Shown here one piece after another: positions 22,673-31,705 of a stretch of 31,705 nt of DNA (position 1 is the first letter of the stretch; every line of letters starts with the position of its first letter). The notes beneath the pieces are model-generated. The model was not told where the DNA came from. It saw only the letters and a list, made by a program, of their open reading frames with translations, and searched no databases. Origin of the DNA: a virus (lineage: Duplodnaviria; Caudoviricetes); the IMG/VR virus record IMGVR_UViG_3300032321_000283, positions 1 through 31,705 of that record; one strand, written 5' to 3'. A program made the translations under genes and the position numbers.

Positions 22673-25291
22673 TTATTGCAAAACGCCAGAGGCTTTGAGG
22701 TCATTGATTAGGGTGCCAAGCACAGTGGCAACGGCGCCCACTGCATCGGCGGTGTTCAGTGCTCGGTCAGGTAACCCAGCGCCCGCCACCGTGTAAGCGT
22801 TGGCCGTTTGCATCCCGCCAAATGGATACCAAGTGCCTGGCGTACCACCTGATACGCAAGTCCATCCCATCGGAGCACCAGCCGCAGGGTACTCGACCCA
22901 GAGTTTGTCACCTTGCAGCCAAGAACCTGTCACCGGGGCAGCAGAGCCAAAGAAGTTGCGTTGCGAAGTGCCTCGGCCTGGGATGGCTGTGGTGATGCCG
23001 GCGTAGCTATTTGCGTTAACGGCAGACCCGCTATCGTTGTTGAGCAGCGACCGCAGCGCGTAGCTGTTTGGCGTGTCGTTCCAAAGCGCGATGCCTGCAC
23101 TTGATGCCCTCAAAATAATGTTGCGGTCCATCACAAACTGGCGCTTGTCGCCCGATGCCAATTGAATGCCGTACAGCATCTTGGTTGATGTGGCCTCGCC
23201 AATAACGGTGTTGTACGAGCAGTCAATGCCGCCGTTGCTGTCGAGCAAGATTCCAGAGTTGCCGCCGCTGGTGGGTACGCCGGCCAGTCCTGGGCTGGTC
23301 AGCATGTTGTTCCTGACGCGGCAAGACTTCAGCGGCGCAAACACCGCAACGCCGTTGTACTGGACGTTGGAGACGTTGTTGTTCAGGAAATCTACGTTGG
23401 CAACGTACAACCCGTACAGGCCGTTGCGCCCGCAAGTGTCGATCACGTTGTCGGCCACCACCGCATTCTTGACGTAGCGCAAGCTGATGCCGTCTTGGTC
23501 AATGTTGCGAATAGAGTTGCCGGTGATGGTGACATTATTGCCGTACATCGCCTTGGTGACCGTGCCGCCGCTGGTGTAGGCAGTCCAAGTCGAGGTGTTG
23601 AGTTGAACGTCTTGGTAGGTGGTGACCGTAAAGGTTGTTACGAGCGGTGTGGTGGCGACAACGAAGGTGTCGTTGACCGTGTTGGCTACTGCGTAGTTGA
23701 CCACCGCCGTTCCGCCGCTTACCCATGCGCCCGACGCGGTGGTGTCCACTGGGACGCCAGCCAGCGAGATGGAGAAGGTGTTTAGCGCAGGCGTGGTGTT
23801 GATGACGAAGGTGCCGTTGACGCCCGAAGTCCCGACAACGCCGGAAATCACAACCGTGTTGCCGACTTGGAAGCCATGCGATGCGGTGGTGGTGAAGATG
23901 CCAGGGTTGGCGTTCGTGATGCCGGAGATGGTCCTGCTATCAACCGAGATCATGCCGCTCACGCCGCTAATGCTGATAACTTCGCCAGCCACAAGGCCAT
24001 GCGCCGCCACGGTAGTGAACACCGCAATGGCTGCATTGGTGATGCCAGAAAGCGTCCCTACGTTCGCCGGTGCCGAGTTGTAGACCAAAATGCCATCGCC
24101 ACTGATGAATGGCGCCGCTGTGCCGGTGTTTTGAATGACGTTGCCAATGATCGTCATGTCGCTGGGTACTTGCGTCAGCACAGGGTCGTTGTACCACTGC
24201 ACCTTCATGCCAATACCGCAGGTGTTGTGGATGACGTTGTTGCTGATGGTCAGCCGTTGAATACCGGTGTCGCAGTAGATGCCGTGCTCGACCACTGTGT
24301 TTTTGATGATGTTGCCATCAATCACAACGTCCGTGGACTGCTGGCCGACAATGATCCCCTCGCCAGTTTCTTGGATGGTGTTGCCACGGATGGTGACGCC
24401 ATTGCCAAGGATCGTGACGCCGGTACAGTTGCGGTTGCCCGCTGTGGGCGCGCCCAGCACCGCAGCGCCAGGCCCGGTGATGAAGTTGTCGATGAACTCG
24501 ATGTTCGTGCCCGCAAGCGCCACCATCAGCGGGGAGTAACAGAACCCGGTGAACGTGTTGTTGCGGACCGAGAGGTTGATAGCAGACGCGCCACGAACGC
24601 AGATGGCGAGTGAGCCTGCTGTGTTGGTGAACGGCGACTCGGCCTTGCCAACGAAATTGCCGCCTGAGATCGTCACGCCTGTGGTGCTGCGCACATCGAA
24701 CATCGGCGTCTGGTTGACGGTCTGCGTGACAGTGGCGCCGTTGAAGATCAGCGTGCTGCCGGTCTGGACTGTGAGCGTGCCGCTGATTTTGTAAGTGCTG
24801 CTGGCATTGCCAAAGTTGACAGATTTGGACGCAGCAAGCGCCGCATTGATGGCGGTGGTGGCATCCAGGCCGCCAGTTGGGTCGGCGCCAAAATCCTGGA
24901 CGCTGACGCTCTGACGCAGTTTGGTCTGGACGGTGGTTGCGACCGCGCCGCTGCCAGAGGCTATGTAGCCAATCAATGACGAGCCGGTGCTGGCCGCAAG
25001 ATCAGCGGCGCCGACCAGGCCTTCAATGTTGTCGGCAGTCCAGATCAAGACGCCAACACTGTCTTTCAGAACAAATTTATAGTTTGCCGACATGCCAAGC
25101 CAGATTGCCGCCTCGCCCCTGGTGTTGAGCACAATGGGGTTGGTATTGGCAATGGTTCCGCCTGCATCGGTGTAAGTGTCCTGCGGCGTGCTGGTGCTTG
25201 CTGCGTAGGTGTACAGCAGCCCACCAGCCAGCGGAACGCCGGTAATGTCAAAAAACTGCATGAACGGGCTGGGGGTGAGGGTTGCGCTCAT
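22673..25291 (-). CDS. Tailspike with right-handed beta-helix (pectate-lyase-like depolymerase) and inserted FCCH-like domains
   Basis: Head-binding N-terminus (PLAGGLLYTYAAST...NPIVLN), VSVQDFGADPTG...AINAAL, and many IxxNxI repeats. Confidence 0.85.
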   Translation of the reverse strand: MSATLTPSPFMQFFDITGVPLAGGLLYTYAASTSTPQDTYTDAGGTIANTNPIVLNTRGEAAIWLGMSANYKFVLKDSVGVLIWTADNIEGLVGAADLAASTGSSLIGYIASGSGAVATTVQTKLRQSVSVQDFGADPTGGLDATTAINAALAASKSVNFGNASSTYKISGTLTVQTGSTLIFNGATVTQTVNQTPMFDVRSTTGVTISGGNFVGKAESPFTNTAGSLAICVRGASAINLSVRNNTFTGFCYSPLMVALAGTNIEFIDNFITGPGAAVLGAPTAGNRNCTGVTILGNGVTIRGNTIQETGEGIIVGQQSTDVVIDGNIIKNTVVEHGIYCDTGIQRLTISNNVIHNTCGIGMKVQWYNDPVLTQVPSDMTIIGNVIQNTGTAAPFISGDGILVYNSAPANVGTLSGITNAAIAVFTTVAAHGLVAGEVISISGVSGMISVDSRTISGITNANPGIFTTTASHGFQVGNTVVISGVVGTSGVNGTFVINTTPALNTFSISLAGVPVDTTASGAWVSGGTAVVNYAVANTVNDTFVVATTPLVTTFTVTTYQDVQLNTSTWTAYTSGGTVTKAMYGNNVTITGNSIRNIDQDGISLRYVKNAVVADNVIDTCGRNGLYGLYVANVDFLNNNVSNVQYNGVAVFAPLKSCRVRNNMLTSPGLAGVPTSGGNSGILLDSNGGIDCSYNTVIGEATSTKMLYGIQLASGDKRQFVMDRNIILRASSAGIALWNDTPNSYALRSLLNNDSGSAVNANSYAGITTAIPGRGTSQRNFFGSAAPVTGSWLQGDKLWVEYPAAGAPMGWTCVSGGTPGTWYPFGGMQTANAYTVAGAGLPDRALNTADAVGAVATVLGTLINDLKASGVLQ

Positions 25292-25300
25292 GGTGCGGCC

Positions 25301-26092
25301 TTAGATGGATGTGATGGTTTGCCAGGCTGCGCCAGCATAGACGCAGAGCTTGGCAAGTGTGGTATCAAATACAACCAGACCAGCGGCGGGAGTGCTAATA
25401 GCGTTTTTTTGCACCGTGGTCATGTTGGGAAATCGGACGCCCTGAGTTGTTGATTGTGCATCCAACACGGCGGATGCGTTTGGCGAAGCGGTGCCCAAAC
25501 CAATGCTTCCGCTGGTTGCTTTATAAAACTGGCCGCCACCGATGTTGACCACGCTTGTATCGCCGGTGAACCCATTGATGACCGGGGTTGTCAGCGTTGG
25601 CAAAGTTGAAAAAACCAAATTTGTGCTGGTTGTCCCAGTGGCGCCGCTAGCTGTGTAGCCGGTGATATTGTTGAACGAGACAATGCTGGCCGTGGATGCG
25701 TTGGTGCCACCGCTTGCGACGTTGAGCACGCCAGAGAGCGTCACGTTGCCAGTAGTTGGTGCAGCCGGTGTCAGGCCGGTGACGCCGCCAGCCCAAGACA
25801 GCACGCCGGTATTGATAACCGTGATGGCGCCAGACGCATTGGCGACAGATATGCCTGCGCCTGGCGTCAGCGTGTTAAGCGTGTAGCCGGCTCCATTGCC
25901 AATGAGCAGCTGCCCGTTGGTCGGGATTGTGGACAGGCCCGTGCCGCCAGATTGGACACTCAGGGCAGTGGCCGAATTGATTTGAATGACGCTCGGGCTC
26001 ATCAACCAAAGCATCCACTCCCGTGCTGGCCGTTTAGTCAGCGGGTCCAAGAACTCGGATTGCGGGAAATTGATGTTGGTGTTGGTGGCCAT
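25301..26092 (-). CDS. Tail needle/fibre-like protein
   Basis: Follows the gp10-like gene; GGTG repeats; C-terminal PAAGLVVFDTT. Confidence 0.6.
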   Translation of the reverse strand: MATNTNINFPQSEFLDPLTKRPAREWMLWLMSPSVIQINSATALSVQSGGTGLSTIPTNGQLLIGNGAGYTLNTLTPGAGISVANASGAITVINTGVLSWAGGVTGLTPAAPTTGNVTLSGVLNVASGGTNASTASIVSFNNITGYTASGATGTTSTNLVFSTLPTLTTPVINGFTGDTSVVNIGGGQFYKATSGSIGLGTASPNASAVLDAQSTTQGVRFPNMTTVQKNAISTPAAGLVVFDTTLAKLCVYAGAAWQTITSI

Positions 26093-27735
26093 CAGTTGTC
26101 GCCGACTGACGCCTTCAGATTGGCCGAGACAATCACCGCCTTAACGGGATCGGTGATGGAAACCTCAAAGATGCGATCTCGAGCCATGCCCAATCGGCGC
26201 CAAATAGCGCGATTCTGGTAGCGTCCGACCTTGCCAATGCTGGCCCAGTGCTCGCTAGACCAAGTGCTGCCGCCATCATTGCTCCAGCGCAGCATGGCCT
26301 GCGGGTCGACGCCTTGGGTTGTTGTGATAGTGACAAGAATATCGTCGCCGGATTCGGTTAGCAGATCATCGGTTGCACCCAGCAAGGTAGCAAGCAGATC
26401 AACCCCGGCCTCGGTGGTTATGTCAATGCTTGCTTCTGTTGTCAAAAGCGGCGTAATGTAGCTCTCAGCCAGCAAGTTTTCCAACGCCGTCAGCGGGTCA
26501 TTGCCCGCCAAGCCAACGCCAGGCTGGAACTGAATCTGGAACTCGTCAAAGTATTGGCGCTGCAAGTCTGTGGTCAGATGCGGCGCCCGGCGCAAGCGGC
26601 GGATGGGCTGGTCGGCATCGGTGTAGACGGTGTTGCTCAGTTGGTAGAGCATCCCGTTTTGGTAGTCGCCAATGATGATTTTGCCGGCAAAGTTGGTGCC
26701 GCAGTTGGAGCGGTGCCGGTGAAACTCGCCGCCTGAGAATGACAGCCATTTGTGCCAGGCTTGGCTTGCTAGATCGTATACCCAAGTCAGGTCGGCGCTG
26801 GGGAAGGTAACGACATAGAACTCATGGCCTTCAATCTGGTACGTCCAGGCGATCGCGTCCGAGATTGTCTTGTCAACCAACGATTGTTCGACCGCATGGG
26901 TTGAGACGCGCTGGAACTGGTAGCCGGCAATCATGCCAATGATCGACTGGCCGCGCTGGTCTTGGCTCACAAACATGAACGCCTCGGCAAACCTGGCAAC
27001 CGAGAACTGAGCGGCGATGCCATGCTGCACCATCGTTCCGGGGACGCGCTGAAACGGAAAGGAAATGATGCCGGGGATTACGTTGCCAATGTCCGTCCAG
27101 ACTTCGGTCGTGAACTCGCCAAGCAAGTAGACCTGGCGATGGTCAACAATCAGCGACACCAGATTGTCCGGTGCGCCGTCCTTGGCGCCATAGTAGGCAT
27201 TGGTGCTCAGGCTGCTGCCAAGGTCCGTGGCGCCCCAATTTTGCGTACCAGGCTGGTTGTAGATGTTGTAGTTGTCTACTACCTCGCAGACATTTGCGCC
27301 TGTCCACGGGCCGTCTGTGGCCGGCAATTGGGTGAATACGCCGGTAGATGCAACCCAAGTGTATCGATCGGTGCCGTTGACAATGTAGGCTGTCAAGCCG
27401 TTGGCGGTGGTGACGTTGTCGGAGATGGAGACTTGACCCGATCCCGGCATTGAGCCGATGAGGGTCGGCGTCATCGCCGTGTTGAGCGCGTAGGCAGAAT
27501 TGCCGGAGACCACCACCAGATATTGCCCGCCAGAGAGCGCCCGCATTCCGCGCACCTTGCCAACCGCCAGCTGCGCCGCCATCGTGTAGCCTGGCGTTGG
27601 ATAAAGCGCTACTATTCCTCGGCTGCCAGGCGGCTTTGTCGGGTCAACTTCGGGATAGAAGTTAATGCACTCCTGAGCATCTTGGTAGATGCTGGGCGCC
27701 TCGTAGCTGGGACCGACAAATCCGAAATCTGGCAT
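26092..27735 (-). CDS. Tail hub / DNA stabilisation protein (P22 gp10-like)
   Basis: INFYPE...LYPTPG, LRWSNDGGSTW and WRRLGMARDRIFEVSITDPV. Confidence 0.88.
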   Translation of the reverse strand: MPDFGFVGPSYEAPSIYQDAQECINFYPEVDPTKPPGSRGIVALYPTPGYTMAAQLAVGKVRGMRALSGGQYLVVVSGNSAYALNTAMTPTLIGSMPGSGQVSISDNVTTANGLTAYIVNGTDRYTWVASTGVFTQLPATDGPWTGANVCEVVDNYNIYNQPGTQNWGATDLGSSLSTNAYYGAKDGAPDNLVSLIVDHRQVYLLGEFTTEVWTDIGNVIPGIISFPFQRVPGTMVQHGIAAQFSVARFAEAFMFVSQDQRGQSIIGMIAGYQFQRVSTHAVEQSLVDKTISDAIAWTYQIEGHEFYVVTFPSADLTWVYDLASQAWHKWLSFSGGEFHRHRSNCGTNFAGKIIIGDYQNGMLYQLSNTVYTDADQPIRRLRRAPHLTTDLQRQYFDEFQIQFQPGVGLAGNDPLTALENLLAESYITPLLTTEASIDITTEAGVDLLATLLGATDDLLTESGDDILVTITTTQGVDPQAMLRWSNDGGSTWSSEHWASIGKVGRYQNRAIWRRLGMARDRIFEVSITDPVKAVIVSANLKASVGDN

Positions 27736-27738
27736 GGG

Positions 27739-28716
27739 TTACCTAAATCCGCCGTCCATGATAAAAGCAGCGTCCTTGGCCTTGCCCATCAGAAGCGCAT
27801 CGGGGTAGCGAGCGACCGGGGCCGGGAGCATGTTGGTGCGCTTGATTGTAGCCTTGGCTTGCGCCGCAAAGCCGCCAATCATTGCGATTTGCGCTTGCGA
27901 AACCTTGCCGTACATCGGCATCAATCGCTCGGCTAGGCACCAGCGCAACGCCATGTTGTAGCCCTGCGGAAGATTGATGGCATCGTACAGGCTGACGTAT
28001 TCCGAGAAGCTCGTGCTAGTGAACAAATGGAGCTCGCCCTGGGCCGGGTTTGGCCAGACGAAGACCGTGGCCAGCTGTTCTGCTGGCTGGTAATAGATCG
28101 CCTTGGGCCAGGGACCGTTCAGGCTCTTGAGCCCGATCATTTGGTATTCCTCAATCCCAAGGATAGCAATCGGGTAGTCCAAGCCGCCGCCGTAAATCGG
28201 CACGCCGTTGGATGTGGTGCTGACGCGCACGAACGCCGAAGAGATGGACAGCGGACGCTCGTAATAGGCGCGGATTGATGTACTGGCGACCGTTTGCGGG
28301 ATGCTGACCGTGTAGGTTCCCAAAAAGTTGACGTTGCCGCCAGCGCCGGTCATGAAGTCAACGATGATGGTGCCGGGAATGATGCCGGTGCCGGAGAGCT
28401 TTTGACCCACACAGATGGCACCAGACGCTAGGCCGGTAACAGTCAGGATTGTGCCGGCAATTGAGCCGGTAATCGTGGCGCCGATCTGGCCGGTGGGACC
28501 GATCGTGTACTGAATCTGGTTGCTCACCACCGGAAAGATGATTTCCGAGGTGTAGTACACCATCATGTTCTCATTCGACCATTGCCCAACAATGTCGTTG
28601 AGCATCTCGAAAGCGTCCTGCGCCGCGTCGGCGGTGGGCGTCTCGCCAGCCTCGAGAGACCCAATGTCCTTGAGCGCTCGGCTGATGATTTGGATCGGGG
28701 TTGATGCTGTGGTCAT
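27739..28716 (-). CDS. Head-tail adaptor (P22 gp4-like)
   Basis: IISRALKDIG...LNDIVGQW...LPQGYNMALRWCLAERL; directly upstream of the gp10-like gene. Confidence 0.75.
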   Translation of the reverse strand: MTTASTPIQIISRALKDIGSLEAGETPTADAAQDAFEMLNDIVGQWSNENMMVYYTSEIIFPVVSNQIQYTIGPTGQIGATITGSIAGTILTVTGLASGAICVGQKLSGTGIIPGTIIVDFMTGAGGNVNFLGTYTVSIPQTVASTSIRAYYERPLSISSAFVRVSTTSNGVPIYGGGLDYPIAILGIEEYQMIGLKSLNGPWPKAIYYQPAEQLATVFVWPNPAQGELHLFTSTSFSEYVSLYDAINLPQGYNMALRWCLAERLMPMYGKVSQAQIAMIGGFAAQAKATIKRTNMLPAPVARYPDALLMGKAKDAAFIMDGGFR

Positions 28717-28724
28717 GGCTTGCC

Positions 28725-30092
28725 TTACTTATTCGGGAACGCAGCAGTCGGCGGGGTGAACGTGGTTGTGTACCGGGCTATGCCCTTGGTGACTCGTAGG
28801 TCATCTATGTATCCATTAAAGAAAATTGTATTGGCAATGTTTCTACCAACAACGGCTGTTCCTGTAGGGTTTTGCACATTTGTATTAGCAGCGCTATAAA
28901 CTTGAACGCCCGCTTGAAATATTTTTAATACGCCAGACGTTCGTACAGCCGCTATATGCGTCCATGTATTTGATGTAAGCGCAGTGGATGATACTTGAAT
29001 ACCACTAGCGTCATACCAATAAGGTTTTCCTGCGTTATCAATAAAAAATCCATACGCTGATGTTGTGTCTGCTGATCTAGTATCTAAAAGGGTTTGATAC
29101 GCAGCCAAATTGCTGGTATACACCCACATTTCAATAGTAAAGTCACCAGACCCAAAAGCAAATGTGGCTTGATTAGCAGGACTTGTGACTAAGTAATCCG
29201 TAGTCCCGTTAAACTTCATAGACCCAGTGCCATACTTGAACACACTAGTACTGATCTGCGCCGAAGCCACCGTCTCAAGGTTATTGAGTTCAGCGTTGTC
29301 GTAGATGGCTGCGTTGCTCATGCCCAGCAGCAGTGCAGTGTTCGTGACTGCGGTCAGTGGCGCTGTGGGGGGCGTGAACGCGGTTGTGTAGACTGCTGTG
29401 CCATTGACCAAACGGAAGTTGGAAATGTACCCGTTTATGTAGGCGCTATCAGACGGGCTTCCACCGACGTAAAGCGTTCCCGTGCCAAATGACAAGATGG
29501 ACGTACCTGTAGCCACTGAAACACCATTACGGTATAGCGTAATTGCTGATGCGCCGTTTCTTACTGCCGCAACGTGATACCAAGTGTTTGCAGTCCAACC
29601 AGCAACAGACCCTTGGTTTATGTCAACAGCACCGCTTCCCGCATAAAACCTTAACCCTAATGTTGGGTTATATAAAAACAAATAACCAGATGATGCTTGT
29701 TGATTAGCGCATATAATATTGCCGTTGGCATTTGCCAAATCGCCTATGTATATCCAGGCTTCAATGGTAAAACTAGTGCTAATTGGTATGGTAAACGCAG
29801 CATTAGCCGCTAGTGAAAGATAATCCCCCGTCCCATCAAAGTACGCAGACCCACCGTTAGTAGCAACGGCATAGGGGTATGTCTTAACAAACGGATTGAA
29901 CGAGCCTTGGGTCGTGTTGCCGTTGCGGGTGACGGTGAAGTTGTTGGTGCTGCCGTCTAGGAACGTGTTGTTCTGCCCGCCATTGACCCCATCCCCGTGC
30001 AGGAGCATGGAGACAGAAGACCAATAGGGGTCAGAAGCCGCCGCCGTTGCAATAGGAAATCTGGAACCATGCCGAGAATGATTCCGGATCAT
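28725..30092 (-). CDS. Concanavalin A/LamG domain virion protein (two LamG domains)
   Basis: DPYWSSVSMLLHGDG; FTIEAW...WYHVAAVR...GYISNFR; DFTIEMW...WTHIAAVR...GYIDDLR. Start placed at ATG 30092. Confidence 0.85.
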   Translation of the reverse strand: MIRNHSRHGSRFPIATAAASDPYWSSVSMLLHGDGVNGGQNNTFLDGSTNNFTVTRNGNTTQGSFNPFVKTYPYAVATNGGSAYFDGTGDYLSLAANAAFTIPISTSFTIEAWIYIGDLANANGNIICANQQASSGYLFLYNPTLGLRFYAGSGAVDINQGSVAGWTANTWYHVAAVRNGASAITLYRNGVSVATGTSILSFGTGTLYVGGSPSDSAYINGYISNFRLVNGTAVYTTAFTPPTAPLTAVTNTALLLGMSNAAIYDNAELNNLETVASAQISTSVFKYGTGSMKFNGTTDYLVTSPANQATFAFGSGDFTIEMWVYTSNLAAYQTLLDTRSADTTSAYGFFIDNAGKPYWYDASGIQVSSTALTSNTWTHIAAVRTSGVLKIFQAGVQVYSAANTNVQNPTGTAVVGRNIANTIFFNGYIDDLRVTKGIARYTTTFTPPTAAFPNK

Positions 30093-30093
30093 G

Positions 30094-30420
30094 TTACAGA
30101 CCCTCGCCTGGGGTGATCTCAAATGCTGCGGCAGCGTCGGCCTTGAAGAAGCCATTCGGCGGCAGGTTGCCAAAGACCTCAACTGTCCCCGCCGTGATGC
30201 CGAGCGTGTAGGCGCTGGGCGATGCGCCAGGCGCGGCGACCGTGATCGTCGGGGTAGCGTTGGCCACGCCAGCCGGCGCCCAAGACAAGTACTGCGTCGT
30301 TGTGAGCAACGCCCGAACTCGGTAGCTCGTAGAGCCGTTGTTGTTTGTCGAGAGCACTTGCACCGCCGAGGTGCCGACAAGATACGTTGGGCCGAACGGT
30401 GCAAATGCGCTGTTGTTCAT
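30094..30420 (-). CDS. Hypothetical structural protein (108 aa)
   Basis: Ends ITPGEGL; lies in the morphogenesis block. Confidence 0.65.
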   Translation of the reverse strand: MNNSAFAPFGPTYLVGTSAVQVLSTNNNGSTSYRVRALLTTTQYLSWAPAGVANATPTITVAAPGASPSAYTLGITAGTVEVFGNLPPNGFFKADAAAAFEITPGEGL

Positions 30421-30447
30421 GGTGCAAATTCCGAGGATTGAATAGAC

Positions 30448-30475
30448 AAAAAGCCGTCCCTTGTGAGGACGGCTT
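30448..30475 (-). terminator. Rho-independent terminator after the capsid and decoration genes
   Basis: 9-bp stem AAGCCGTCC/GGACGGCTT with a T-run on the minus strand. Confidence 0.75.
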
Positions 30476-30499
30476 CCATTGTGCCTGAGCCGTCGCCGT

Positions 30500-30928
30500 T
30501 TAGGGCAGGAAGGTCAGGTCGATACCATAGACCAGCAGATCCATCGTAGCAGCGGCACCTTGCGCGGTGGCGATGTTCCAATAGATTGTCTGGCTGGTGT
30601 TCTGGTTCAGACCAGCTGTCAGAACGGTACGTTGGCTGGCGATTGTTGAGCCTGTGAGGGCCGACAATGCCGCACTAGTTACCAGTGGCGTGCCACCGGC
30701 TGCGGTGCCGGTAAACAAGCCGCCAGCCGCCGTGGTCAGCGAGATTGAAGCGTTGGTGGCGATGACGTACAGGATGATGTAGCTGCTGGTGTTCAAAATC
30801 GGGATCGCAGTGTCACCAGTGGCGTTGGCGTTGATGCTCTGAGCGCTGCCCAACAGGCGTAGCGCCTGGTTGGAACTCAGTACCTGCGGGTGGGTTTGGA
30901 TGCTTGATGCGGGTCCGGGATTGGCCAT
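30500..30928 (-). CDS. Putative capsid decoration/cement protein
   Basis: 142 aa directly after the capsid gene and before the terminator; AAGGA Shine-Dalgarno. Confidence 0.55.
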   Translation of the reverse strand: MANPGPASSIQTHPQVLSSNQALRLLGSAQSINANATGDTAIPILNTSSYIILYVIATNASISLTTAAGGLFTGTAAGGTPLVTSAALSALTGSTIASQRTVLTAGLNQNTSQTIYWNIATAQGAAATMDLLVYGIDLTFLP

Positions 30929-30955
30929 GATGTTTCCTTAAATTGGGTGGAAAGC

Positions 30956-30975
30956 GGGGAGCGCTTCGGCTCCCC
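30956..30975 (-). terminator. Stem-loop just downstream of the capsid stop
   Basis: GGGGAGC-6 nt-GCTCCCC with only a short T tail, so possibly leaky or a stability hairpin. Confidence 0.45.
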
Positions 30976-30981
30976 TGATTG

Positions 30982-31705
30982 TTACGCGGCAACCCGGCAA
31001 GCAAGCTCCGGGTACAAAGGCGCCCAGCCGTACAGCACATCCAAACGAGTCGGGATCGAATCGTTGTTGATAGTGTACTGCCGCACCACGCGGATCGAAA
31101 GACCCAGCTGCTTGTCACTTGCGCGACCAGCAAAATGGACCCCATCTGGTAGCTCGAGGTCAGCACAAGCCAGCGTAAATGCCGATTTGTGCATGACTAT
31201 GTTCTGCGGGCTGACGATGCCGGTGTTGTTGAAAGGCGTAACGGTCGATGCGCCTGGCGAGGTAACGCTGACGTTTTGGAACTGGCCCGCCGTAATGACC
31301 GCCGGGGAGACGATCACTGAGGTGGTGCCAGAGGTTGCAACGGTAACGTCCGCCTGAACCACAAAGTTGCGCAGCTTGTTAGAGCCATAAGCCTGGCGAT
31401 TCTGGGGGTTGACCGCATAAACGTTGGCAATCTGGATCACGTCGCCTTGCTTCAGGCCGGCCGCTGTCGTTGCGCAAGACAGCGCAATGGTAGAGGTCAA
31501 AGCCCAGCCGGTGGTCAGGAAACCTGTCGCGGTGCTGGTGTTGCAGCTGAACGCCGTGGTGGTGGCGTAGGAGCCGAACGTCTGGTTAACCACGTTCTGA
31601 TCCATTTTCCAATCCATTCCAGCGCTGTCCGTTCCCATAAGGCCTTTCTGAAACTGCCTGGAAATAGTATTGTTGGGCACAAACAAACCCTTCAAACCAT
31701 CAACA
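30982..31705 (-). CDS. Major capsid protein, P22 coat family (C-terminal part)
   Basis: GDVIQIANVYAVNPQ...HKSAFTLACADL...RLDVLYGW; the frame stays open to the window edge (VDGLKGLF). Confidence 0.9.
   Translation of the reverse strand, partial: VDGLKGLFVPNNTISRQFQKGLMGTDSAGMDWKMDQNVVNQTFGSYATTTAFSCNTSTATGFLTTGWALTSTIALSCATTAAGLKQGDVIQIANVYAVNPQNRQAYGSNKLRNFVVQADVTVATSGTTSVIVSPAVITAGQFQNVSVTSPGASTVTPFNNTGIVSPQNIVMHKSAFTLACADLELPDGVHFAGRASDKQLGLSIRVVRQYTINNDSIPTRLDVLYGWAPLYPELACRVAA

Noticed and set aside
21780-30092. Diversity-generating retroelement or invertible tail-fibre cassette
   Set aside because: No reverse transcriptase, invertase, adenine-mismatched repeat pair or flanking inverted repeats were seen by eye.
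30093-30404. 104-codon upstream extension of the LamG ORF overlapping the 108-aa gene (possible frameshift fusion)
   Set aside because: The extension is an Arg/Pro-rich shadow typical of GC-rich DNA, no slippery site was seen, and ATG 30092 has its own GAGG Shine-Dalgarno.

Overview
Most of a ~59% GC tailed-phage genome with P22-like (podovirus) morphogenesis genes. The gene content resembles freshwater Betaproteobacteria phages; the host is inferred, not shown. The window starts inside the portal gene and ends inside the major capsid gene, both on the minus strand, so it looks like a cut through a circular map missing roughly the portal C-terminus, scaffold and capsid N-terminus. There are three blocks. 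(1) Minus strand, 5721->1: Cro-like HTH, primase-helicase, an iteron-rich putative origin, ferritin-like protein, GroES, a ParB stub, TerS, TerL and portal. (2) Plus strand, 5850->16216: Sak4-like ATPase, DUF669, Cas4-like exonuclease, C5 methyltransferase, SF2 helicase, VRR-NUC nuclease, many small ORFs, endolysin and holin, and an XF1762/Mom-like protein. (3) Minus strand, 31705->16211: capsid, decoration-like proteins, LamG protein, gp4- and gp10-like tail proteins, tailspike and three DNA-ejection proteins. The top finding is the cytosine methyltransferase locus (8830-9644). It is dual-coded over its whole length, like the alpha/beta arrangement of M.EcoHK31I, and a G8 tract at 9435-9442 puts both frames out of register. 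One extra G restores two complete overlapping proteins, so it is either a phase-variable switch or a homopolymer error. No integrase, tRNA or CRISPR array was seen. All product calls come from motif recognition by eye, not database searches.
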